From NCBI RefSeq assembly GCF_964355755.1, contig NC_092672.1, forward strand, positions 38,570,437 to 38,634,436: 64,000 bases of DNA, written 5' to 3'. Shown here in pieces: positions 37,842 through 49,464 of the stretch. Position 1 is the first letter of the stretch. Each line of letters opens with the position of its first letter. Position numbers and translations under genes: made by a program. The notes beneath the pieces are model-generated. The model saw nothing but the letters and a program-made list of their open reading frames with translations. It made no database searches and was not told the origin of the DNA. This stretch comes from Antedon mediterranea (lineage: Eukaryota; Animalia; Echinodermata).

Positions 37842-39704
37842 TCACTTGTTAAAAAGGTTCTTCAGTTTTTCCCTATCCTCTGTGTCTTTTTGCTTTTGTT
37901 TCATCTCCATTTTTTTCAGTTCTTTTTTAACAGCTGTTGTCAGGCTGGGATCTAGTTCCACTGCACGTTCAAAATCTTTCTCAGCCTCCGTAAAATTCCA
38001 ACAAGCAGAATGAGCCTTGCCTCTTCTAAATAATGCTTTTACATTATCTGAAAATATGAAATACTTAGTTTAAAATGTGAAAGTAATTTAACGTAGTACA
38101 TACATTTTAGGTAAACATAAAAATGAAACAGAACTTTTCACATGCGGCATATACACCTGCTTGCTCAAAAACAAACAGAGTGGCGAACACAAGTGAGACT
38201 CAATGTCTAATGACGATTAGTGTCTAAGAAGATGATGATACTTGTTTTACAAAGAATTAAATTAAGTATCAACTTACTACGATCTTTATCAAGGACTGAA
38301 GAAGTATGTTCAATAACTACCGGATAATCTTCACTAATCAGCTTACATTGTGAATAGTTCAGTAAAAATGGAATCCTTAACTTATCCAATTTGAACCAAG
38401 CCTCTGTGCCAGGCTGTTCATGGATCAATAAATTCTCCAAACATCCGAGAGCTTCTGCGTATTTTGCTTCTGCTTCTGCAAACTGTTTGTCTTGATACAG
38501 TCGGTTACCGTCCTCTTTGAGACGAGGCAAAGCATTTAGTTTTTCGTCGTCAGTCATTGCCCATGTTTCTTTTTCATACTGACCAGGAAATTTGATGTTC
38601 AAAAGGTCAAAGGTGAACTTAAGGGGTTGTGGGTTACGTACAAGTTCATTTAGGTCACTGTGACCCATATCTGGTGCTTTCATTTGAGCCATGCCTCCGC
38701 AACAATGGTGTTTGTTCTCTGCGGTAGACTTGGTACCGGTTGCAAATTCTCTGAGCTTCTGCGCTACAGTAGGATATGCAGACACTTGCTAAATAAAAAT
38801 CAAAATTAAGAATTGTTACATCATTGTACAGTATTAGTAAATATAGAGCCAAGATATTTATAAATCTAAAATTGAGTTATAGAAATAAAAAAAAGTACTT
38901 CTAAATTTGGAAAACTATTATTAATTAATTTCAACACGTCATTTAGATACATTGGTATTTTTACTAACAGCATTCCTGATATTAATCCTATTAATATCTT
39001 AACATTAATAGTAATGCACCTCGGGGGGAACTGTAAATTCTGCAACCTCTTGAGGGCGCATTGTCTTCAAACATTGTTCCCAAACTGTAAGCTTGAATTG
39101 TTTTCCGATGATAATCTCCATTGGTTTTGTCTTGCGGCTGTCATCAATAACCGTATTCTCATCATTGCATAGTTGTGTTTTATAGTGAAAATATAGCTAG
39201 TGAAAAATAAAATGTATTTGTGAAATATAGGCCTATATATCATTTCTGATTTAATAAAACAATAACATATTTAATATAATTGATCAGTAATTTTAATGTT
39301 ATTAATATTCATGTATATAAATATTATTATTAATACACTTATGGTTCTGACAAACTAACATTACTTTCCATAATGGAGAATGGCTATCACGACCTCTCGC
39401 GCTTCATACCGTATGTACTGGCTGGTGGCCTAGCTGTCAAGACGACGACGAAGTTGCCCACGACTAGACGACCGCTCTACTCTCCTCCTTATCCCTCTTT
39501 TTGAGAGTAGGAGATGAGGAGGCCTAGCAATAACTACAAATTATAACAAACTAATAAACTCAAATACAATATTATCAACTTCAAATGAACCCTTATGATT
39601 TTATGTACCTTAGTTGCATATGGATAATCTTGTAAATCAGCAGATCCTGCAGCTAGTACTCTTTTTGTAACACCGATTTCAGACAGTTCTCGAAGACCTT
39701 CCAT
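37842..39704 (-). CDS. AIP: AH receptor-interacting protein (FKBP-like + TPR)
   Basis: [65 protein letters not shown] and [12 protein letters not shown] across four exons. Confidence 0.93.
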
Positions 39705-40776
39705 GATGAAAAATGTATCAAAAACTGATTGCCGCCCTCAACGACAACACATTTTTGTTTTTGTTCGAAGTACTCATCTCTCTCGTGATCACGACCTCGG
39801 CTCAAAATTTAGGGGAGCCTCAGCGCACAAAATTCGATTCTCTAATATTAAAAAATACTGTAGAATTTTCACAACGTACATATCATATTCCCACAATTAA
39901 ACTATCTAACTTCTATTTAAAATTGTCTTCGTATTGATTGATTCCTCCATTTTGCCAGGTAGTGTCCAGCTAAACTATAATAATTAACGACCTTTTGTAA
40001 GTCAGTAAAGAGTAAAAACTTTTATGTCGAGTTACCGAAGCGAGTATTTCAACAATATCCTGGTATTATGACTATTGTTATCAAACAGATCTCGTTCTAA
40101 CCGTATTGAACTCGTTTAGTCTTTTCCCTTTATTTGTCTGCTTTTGCGTCGACTGTGAGGTCTAATACCAGCAAGTTTTGTTACTGTAAATATTAACCCA
40201 AAGAAACCGCGACTGTTGTTTGACATACCTTAGATTCGTTCAAACATTAGGAAAGATTGTCAACAGGATAGGCAAAGTGGTTTGATAACAGAATGTAGGT
40301 GGTTTATTTTGTGCAGAAGCAAAGTTGGACGTTTAACCGAGTGTCGTTTAGTTGCTGACGGGTTTAAGATCAAGCGAGTAAGAATTTATTCTTTATTTTC
40401 AGTTCAATTATTATTTCGTATGCATTGTATGCTTACATTATATCACATTGTTTACTACATACAGTAGTATAGAAACATAAATGAAAAATGGTATCTGGTT
40501 CAAATTAAGGTTATTATGCCAACAGACGTGTTTTGTATGCGAGATCCTTTTTGTATGTCAATACAATAACGTTCTGGGATCACAGGACTGCGTATAGTAT
40601 GGCCTGAAATGATTTATAATGTAACGTGATGGTCTCTGGATTGTTTTATGCCGACTCAATCCGGGCCAATTGTCTTTTAAACATTATTTTTATTATGAAA
40701 ATTTATATAATTATTGCTCGTCAGAGAAATTGATACTCAAGCCTAAGTTAAAATAGGTGTTTAATATTATATTATT

Positions 40777-41203
40777 AGTAAGTAATTAGCATAATAAAAC
40801 AAGGAATGTAGGCAACAACCAATGACTATAACGAGGCATTTAATAAAAAGGCAAATTGCCTTAAAATGTAAATGTGACATGTTTCGAGAAACTATTCTCA
40901 TCATCAGAACAGTAAACAACGCCTAGAGTGCTTATATACCAATAGGAGTGCTTATATACCAATAGGACATATTGTATGTAAATAAGTAAGTAATTAGCAT
41001 AATAAAACAAGGAATGTAGGCAACAACCAATGAATATAACGAGGCATTTAATAAAAAGGCAAATTGCCTTAAAATGTAAATGTGACATGTTTCGAGAAAC
41101 TATTCTCATCGTCAGAACAGTAAACAACGCCTAGAGTGCTTATATACCAATAGGACATGTATGTAAATAAGTAAGTAATTAGCATAATAAAACAAGGAAT
41201 GTA
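40777..41203. repeat. ~200-bp tandem duplication (~2.2 copies)
   Basis: AGTAAGTAATTAGCATAATAAAACAAGGAATGTAG starts at ~40777, ~40984 and ~41170. Confidence 0.9.
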
Positions 41204-42575
41204 GTTATTAGTATTTATAACTTTCATATGATACGTGAGTACACGACTTCCCCGCTCGTATTGTTTTAATGGTAAACTTCCTATCATTACCCGTTAGTTT
41301 GAATATAGGATACTACTCATGGTTCTATTAGATCCAAGCCTTATTGCAAAGTGGTAAATTCGATTTTGCCACTCTTTTAAACATTCATATTCTTTATGGT
41401 GTATCATCTATCAAACTCGTTAGGGAAAATACACTCTGATGAAAACTGATGTATTTTACACTGCAGTTTTACCACCATTTTCATCTCATCATACTTTAAC
41501 AACTCCCACGAGAATACAATGATAGTAGAACACGATTAAACGCAACAGATCATTGACTTGATTGAGTTATTAAAGCAAAGATACATTTCACACTTTACAA
41601 ATAACATGTCTACAATATGGATGGTACAGGACTAGGTCTGTATGGTCTGTTACAATAGTCACAAACACAGAAATTATTGAGGGACGTGATTCACAATGAA
41701 ACTACATTCTGTTTCTCTTATTGTTTGTATAATGTAATACTTTGACAGGTAATGTATGTAAACCATTTGTTGTATTAGTAGTTTATTTACATTTGTTGTG
41801 TATACGACGACGGTCCTTCATGTAAAGTACAGTCCGCCTACACAATAGTCTTCAAACTTTATGTAATTTTGTTGTTCGCCTTCACAATGGTTTGTTCGCG
41901 GTTATGTTTGAAATGACCTTTCGTTTCAATGCCTTCGACTATGGCACCTAAAAAAGTCATCCAAACCCATTGTATGTCGAATTTAATACATTGGCCGTTT
42001 CCTTTGACAGGTCCAATTGAGGAGAATTAATCTTTTTCCTTTTTATTCATTTTTTGTTCCAAAAAAATTAGCAATTAGTGGTTTTTATCCGGTGTGTTGA
42101 AATACGAAGTTTTTCTGCATAAATCTCTTCGATTCTTCATAAGTAATTATATAAAACCAATAAATAAGAATTAAATTAAAGGAAGGTAGAATTGTATAAG
42201 AAGGCGTAATAGGAAGCACTTATTGTAGAGCTAAGATAAAAACAAGCCCGCCCGCCCAACATTGTTCCCTCCACCCCATCCTAACATAAGAGTCAATATT
42301 GCGTGGTTCTCACACACATTCATTCGATATTACCACACTCACACACACGCAGTAGGCTACTGATACTAACATCTGTATTTAACACTCCCTTTACAGTCAG
42401 GAAGTCTAAGTTGAACACTTCAGATAAGGACGTGCTTATTTGTAGTAAGCTTCCGACCCAACCTTTCCAGCTTTGATAACTTAATTCACATCCTTATTTT
42501 ATAGATTGATACGTGGGATCTCTTCCAGTGAAGTTATTACGGATTAAATATCTAAAAATAGTGAGCCGTATCGAA

Positions 42576-43360
42576 ATGGAGTTTTTGTCAAACTGTTTCT
42601 TTCCAGAGGATGCAATAAAGGTAATAATACATGGTATCTGTTTTAATTTCATTAATAAATTTAGTAACACGTGCTTTACATGTTTACGATTTTTAAGCCT
42701 AATTTTTGTGTACGATGATGACATCATAACTATAGGCACAATTAAAGTCACATACGTTAGTGGTAATTAATGTATGAGAACATCTTCTACATTACATTGC
42801 GGAGTAGATATCATTGTATTGACTAATAGAGTCGATTATGATTATTACATGATCAAATTAAAGTACGAAAGCAAAAACTAATTAAAATTTATTTATGTTT
42901 TCAGAAAATCGACGAAGAGAATAACATTACAAGTTCAGAACAAGAAGTAAGAACCAAAAACCAAGAAGAAACCGATCAACCATTTGAGAATCATCATGAA
43001 AATAACAATGAATTAAAATGGCGGGTAAAGGAAGAAGTTATCTTAAAACCAGACGATGATATTCGTTTGCACTACAAGACCTCTATGATAATTCCCCCCA
43101 ATCCTGAGACTGAAGAAACCATGTACAAATCTGAAGTATTTTTCACTCCAAAGACAAATGATACTTCTGAATATTCTACAACTGTGTTCATTTACCCTAA
43201 GGAATCTGACACAGAGGAAGCATTTATTGCACTAAACGAGGATTTAGTAGACTCAGTCGTGGAAACACCACTTTATATCGACGTACCAGCGGTCAAACAA
43301 ATGGACGAAATGGAGTGGACGTGGTCAAGAAGGATGTATGCCGCATTAGCACAACATTAG
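42576..43360 (+). CDS. Acidic hypothetical protein (~166 aa), two coding exons
   Basis: Exon 42576-42620 (MEFLSNCFFPEDAIK, AG|GTAAT) splices in phase 0 to a stop-free exon 42905-43360 ending WTWSRRMYAALAQH*. Confidence 0.65.
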
Positions 43361-44709
43361 AGTTCATTGGACGTTTATTGAAAAACACCTTCCCATAACT
43401 ACCGATATTGTGTGCAGATTTTCTTGGTTTCCAAACATTAAAGTCTTTACGTTTATTTAAATTTTTATTGCATGCGTGTCTGTACATTCGCAATTGTTTT
43501 GTAGTCTTTTTACGGATACAACTTTAGAAATACCGTAATATTTTTATATATTGGTGAGATTTTAAGCATTAATTCGTTACTAATAATAACTATTTACTTA
43601 GGCCTTCAATGTTAAAAATCTTTACATGCACTGTATATCCGCCATTCCTCGTTGAATCCAATAATTCGGTCTATGATAAATTTATTTTCTACAATAAAGC
43701 TCCGGACATCTATTCTTAATGCTGTAAAGAGACGATAGTCTTTTCTGTAAAATATTATGTTAAATGTTAAATATATATTTTTTTAATAAGGGTGATCTAC
43801 AGCATTGCTGATCATTAGGGACCTCCAGAGGTTCACAAGACCAACATATACACAAGATGCTCTACATAAAAAAGTCTTTGGGAGTATACGTGGAGTTATA
43901 ATTATTGTCCTTAGAAAAAATCCTGACAAATATATATTACAGTACAGTATGTCCTTATAATATGGAGTCTCAAAGTTTGGTTTTTACGCGTGACCTTTTG
44001 CCTGCTAATCTTTGGACCATGAATAAATGCTTTAAAATGCATTGAAATGCTTCCGTAATTACCGTTTATTTTCGCATGGAAGAACTTTGTAAAGGTTGCT
44101 TAACAATACTGCACTGGTAGTTAGCCTAGCATCACCATACATGTAGATATTGATAATGCTGATTAGTCTACTGTAATGATGATAGTTCAATGCTCTTAAG
44201 TTCCTACTAACAATACAAGTTAGCATGTACAGTATTTAAAACCACTTTAGCTACGCAGTGATGTTATATCATTTACCAAAACGGACAAAGTAGTGTCTGA
44301 TTTTAGACAATTCTGATGTCATAAGAAATTATAAATTGAGCTGTAATTTAATGAAGTTTATTGATTGATATTAAAATACATTTTATAAAAGCAATAACAT
44401 GTTTTGTGGTTTATTTTCACTGTTTTGTTTTTAAAGGATCGAAGCGATTTTAATTACTGTATTCAGAAATACTGTTAAACATATTCTGTACTTTATACAA
44501 ATACGATTATAGACTGTAGTGATTTTAAGATAGGGACATTTTCAGAAGTAGCACCGAGTTCGCACTCCTTTAATAGCTGCAATGAAACTTTATATACTAG
44601 AATGTGCAGAATACTTTTTATTTAGTAAACTTTAAAATTATCTGGCCCTACCGCTGGTAATCAAAGTCAACAATGCATGGCAATAAACATTTTAATGTTT
44701 GAGATAATT

Positions 44710-45738
44710 TCATCTGTAGTAATTATCGCTCAGTGACAACTCTCTTGCAAATTGAAGAATTCCCTCTTTGTCTTGACGTTTTTTCATCGAATCTACAAGA
44801 TATCGTTTTCTTCTGTTCAGTTTATAAGTCTGTATTCTATATTTTTCTTTTTCTTCATCTGAGAGTTCATTCTCCCAACGCAAGCTTTCATTAATTTTCA
44901 CAACAACATCTGAAATGTCTGAATCAGAAGACGATGACGTTGAATCCTTGTCCTGCTGTTTGGATGTGTAGTTTAAGGTCAAATTTACAAAAGGTGATTT
45001 CGGAGACGTGTCGGCGCACACAACCCCCTTTGGTGAGGATACGCTGTCATAATTTGGTGAGGGTAAAATTCCTCTTGCTGGGATTAAGGAACCGTTATTA
45101 ATGAGGTCACCTGTTGTGGTTAAGTTTAGGCTACCACTGATTGCCCTCAAAGTTATTGCTTTGCCTATGCAAAGACCTTTTCTATTTCGAGCAACCTGAG
45201 GTGATTTTGATTTTGTAATACTAGATTTCCTTTCTTTGGATTTACGAGGTTTTGTGCCATTTTTAGCATTCTCACTCTTTGGTAGCTTTCTACGTACTGC
45301 AAAAACAATATTTTGTTATTAATAATAAAAATTATCAGAATAGATAGGCCTATTCTACATATTTTTACTTTACTAACAATTAATATTAATAAATATAATT
45401 AATTTATATAGATAGGCATAGCTATTCTTGTCGACGTGAAAAACGGTGTGTACTATTTAATATCATTATACTGAATGACCACCTAAATATACATACTACA
45501 GTACTAGTCTATACTCTAAATATATAGACTAGGCCTAGGCCTACTCTAGATTTTGAACTTTACCTGCATCGATGGCGCTGTCGGAGTTGGTTTCTCCCTC
45601 CGGAGTACCAACAGATGATTTTCCACTAGGCCTACGCTTGGTGGAGTCTTTGCTCTTGGGTTTTTTACGTTTTTTCGTTTTCTTCCCTTTATCTCCAGAA
45701 CTGGAAAACTTCCGAGAGGTTACTGGTTTTTCATCCAT
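44710..45738 (-). CDS. LIAT1: LIAT1-like protein (ligand of arginyltransferase ATE1)
   Basis: Lys-rich N-terminus (KGKKTKKRKKPK) and LIAT1-type motif NESLRWENELSDEEKEKYRIQTYKLNRRKRY. Exons 45738-45564 and 45296-44710. Confidence 0.75.
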
Positions 45739-46420
45739 ATTTCAGGCTGTATTCTACCGGAATCTGCCCATATATAATGGCTTAAATTATACAAATTACT
45801 GTAATCATATTTTTTTATGTTCGAAATGTCGTGTGTTTATGTAGTTCACAAAACCTCTCAACCGTATCCGCATTATCAATCGCCTTGGTGATCGATGATC
45901 TGATTGGCCGGTAATTGATTGGCAGCTTCTGCTGCTGCAGCGCTTTTTCCGGGGGACGGATGGATATATGGGATCGGTTTCCTTAATTTTGCGGAAGAAA
46001 AGAAGCGGGAGATTGGAGAATTGTGTTGTTGTGCTAAACAATCACCCCCTCAAATTGGCAATACCTGTGGTAAAACATGGTAGGTTGTTGAGATCTCTCA
46101 TTCTCCTGGTTGTTTGGGATCACTAGATCTTTTTTTTAGACTGGCATGGTGGTGGTGAACAGACTACTACTAGCCAACTGTGCCGCCTACACACCATCAT
46201 GATTGACATGACAGTACAGTACAGTAATAATACGTCGGTACCGTGTAGGCTGGTCCATTGATTGATAGATACAAAATAACAGTCAGTAATCAGATTCTGT
46301 ACTTGCTTGATACTTGCTTTCATGATACTTGCTTGATGTTATGGGTCGGTTAGAAAGCTAAATATAGCTTATATGACCCTTCTTGTCTTCGTATGACTCC
46401 GGGCTCCGGGTGTACACATA

Positions 46421-48554
46421 ATGTTCCAAAGTGATTATAAATATGAAAAGGTAAACTTGCAGTCAAGGGACTTCCAATGACCATTGAGGAGTGACTTGAA
46501 CAGATTTAAATTTGGAGCTTTTACAACATTAGATGGTAAGTTATTCCACAACTCTACAACTGAAGGAAAACTTCCTGGAATTAAGCCTAAACTTGTTTTT
46601 ATTTAGCTTGTATTCATGACCTCTAGTTCCATGACAATCAACAAATGTAAAAAACTTTCTGCACTCAATAGCGTCAAGACCATTTATAATTCTGAAGATT
46701 TGGATCATATCCGCTCTTAATCGTCTGTACTCCAGTGTAGGTAAACCCAAAAACTTCAATCTATACGGATATGCCAAATGTTTTATTAAAAAATAAAAAT
46801 AAATAAAATAACTTTTTATTTTCTTTTTTTAAGGAAGTTGATATTCCACACTCACAATCTTCCACAGTGTTAGAGTATCCACCACAAAGTGGCACATCTT
46901 CATCAGAAGGACTATGGGATGACCTCAGTGATGATGCTCTTTTGCAGATGATCGAGCAGTCCTCCACAGATGATGGTTGCCACAACAACTTGGTTGATCA
47001 AGCTCTTTCGAAGGACAGAAAGATGTTAAAATTGAAAGTAGAAGAAACAGAGATTAAGATTACAAAGCAGAAAAGCCATGGTTCTGACAAAAAAGAAATT
47101 TCACTTCACCAATTTGTAAATGTTTTCAACAATCCCAAAGACAGCATATATAGTGGAAATGGAAGCTTGAAGTCCACATCTGAAACCAATTTAAAATGTG
47201 ATAGCGAGACTGGTAAAGGTGGTCTAACTAGTGACCTTATTAGTAATCATAAAATTGATGATGCCTCTGGCAACAAATCATCTTCTCTAAAATATCTTGC
47301 ATCTGAAGTAAAGCTTGATGAAGGTAATTTGAAAAGAGCAGTTTGTGAAAGTAATCCAGGAACATCTAAAAATGAATGCGTCAACAAATCAGAGATGAGT
47401 CGACCATCTAAAGAGATCACAGTCACAGAATCACCACCAGCAAAAAAAAACAGGGTATTCACACCATTTCAGTTATTCCGTGGCAAATACCTAAATGTAA
47501 CAGATCTGACATCACAAGCTTGGTGTGAACAGGAACTTGTGTACACGTTTACTAGAATTCCAACGGTTGAAGTTGACTCAAGTGGTCTTAAGGCGGGGTC
47601 AAGTATACATTTGGCACGAGGTACACAAAATATTATGTATTACAGTAACACACATTTCATTACTCAGAATATTTCATTTGTATTTATATTTTATCAATGT
47701 ATGTTGTTGTATCATGGATTAATGATTCCATGGTTGTATTATGTAGTTTCTGTATATACATCGTCAAAGAGCTTATGTTTTATTTCTATTTTATAGAACT
47801 TGAAGTTCACGATATAAAAACTGTATCTGTTACTTCACGGGAGGATAGCTTTGGTATCAAGTTACTCAACATGTTGACATCTATAACTGCTCTTTCATCT
47901 GGATTATCTGATATCATCCGGGAATTACCGGTGTTTGGAGAACTACCAAACTCCAGCATGTTTGTGAGTGGTATCATCGATGAAATTGGATACAATAAAC
48001 AGGGCGAGCTAGAACTAGTTGAGTTGAAGACAAGAAAAATGCAAAGAGCACCCTCAAAAGCTCAGCATAAGACGCACTCTTTACAAGTTATGATTTATAA
48101 GTATCTCTTTGATGCTCTTGTTAAGGGAAGCTTATCCCGAGATACAATTCTAACACATTTGAGCTTGGACCCAGACAAACCACTAGGGAAGGCTGTTTTA
48201 GACCATGGTAAAACACGTGGCTTGGAATGTAGTCTTTTTGGTGAACTTCTTGATGTTGTCCTCTTACGCTTCCAATTCTCTGACTTGCCTCTCATTGATT
48301 CACTCAAATTAGAATATTGTTACCAAGCAACATGTGCATCATTTGCAAGCAAGCATGTAGAGATGAATGCTGATTGGTTAGATAAAACATTGAAGCATTA
48401 TTTAAAGTTTTGGAATGGGGAGCGTGAGCCTGAAGGGGTTGACGTAGAGGAAGCTTGGAAGTGTGGATTTTGTGCGTATTATGATGGTTGCGAATGGGTT
48501 GAAAAGAAAACCAAACAGTTGACACTTACAAATAAATTAAACAATTCATTGTAA
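46421..48554 (+). CDS. EXO5: Exonuclease V (Fe-S cluster 5' exonuclease)
   Basis: LNVTDLTSQAWCEQ, GSSIHLARELEVH, RELPVFG, GIIDE, ELKTR, LQVMIYK and GVDVEEAWKCGFC..C. Exons 46421-46450 (tentative), 46834-47620 and 47797-48554. Confidence 0.92.
46470..46777 (-). mobile_element. CR1 LINE 3' fragment in EXO5 intron 1
   Basis: RLKFLGLPTLEYRRLRADMI...TRGHEYKL...FSCRVV, a typical CR1 ORF2 C-terminus. Confidence 0.85.
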
Positions 48555-49464
48555 ATATAAATGTAATGTACATCAGGTCTAGTGTAGATATATAAAAAGG
48601 TAAATTATACATTGACTTTTTACCTAATATTATGAGATCCTCTCATAACGTTAGATTTTGAGGATTGATTGAGGGTGGGTGCGCATTGAATCAGAAATTT
48701 TTTAAACTATTGTTTTTATATTTTATACGTATTTTTATATGTGCTGATTAATTGTAATTAAAATGTATAAAATAATGTTATTATGCCCTAAATTTTAACT
48801 GCTGTATTTATAATTTGTTCTGTAAATTACTAATATTATTTTTGTAATTGTACAGTATTTCAAATTTGTAAAAAATAAACTCTTCCTTATCTGTAATAAA
48901 TACTACAGCACATCAGTACAGTACTTTTCAAAAATGTCTCTGCTGCCCTCTATTTATTCAAAAAGGGATTTCCCCTTTAATTGTGCTTGTCGTTCATCAC
49001 ACCGAGAGGGTACATGTGTTTTGATCAAAAAGGTAACTACCGGTACGTAACAACAACGGGCGTAACAATAGTTTACATTTTAAATAGTAGATTTTATGTG
49101 TAGTATGCATATACTGTAATGCAAAGTAAATTGAACAGGCGTTTACATGAACTGAAATACTGTATTAACTAGGCCTACTACTCAGCTCTAGCTAGACCCC
49201 GACCCCGGCTGAACTCGATGTGATCGGCTACTACCGTGGCAATATATGTGTGTCAATACAGCAGGTCCCGGAGGCCTAGCCAAACAAAGACCTATTTGTT
49301 ATAAATTTGCCTGAAGGACAATTTCCCTAGCTTAGCTATTACTAGACTCAATAATATAAATAATGCTGTCTATTATTTTCAGTACAGTATATTTTATTAT
49401 AATTATTATTAGATAAGTTTAAAATACTGTTTTAGAATTTAGCAGTACACAGAAATTTTAAAAA

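Noticed and set aside
40861-41287. Two minus-strand ORFs with identical C-termini
   Set aside because: They arise from the ~200-bp tandem duplication and have no splice or homology support.
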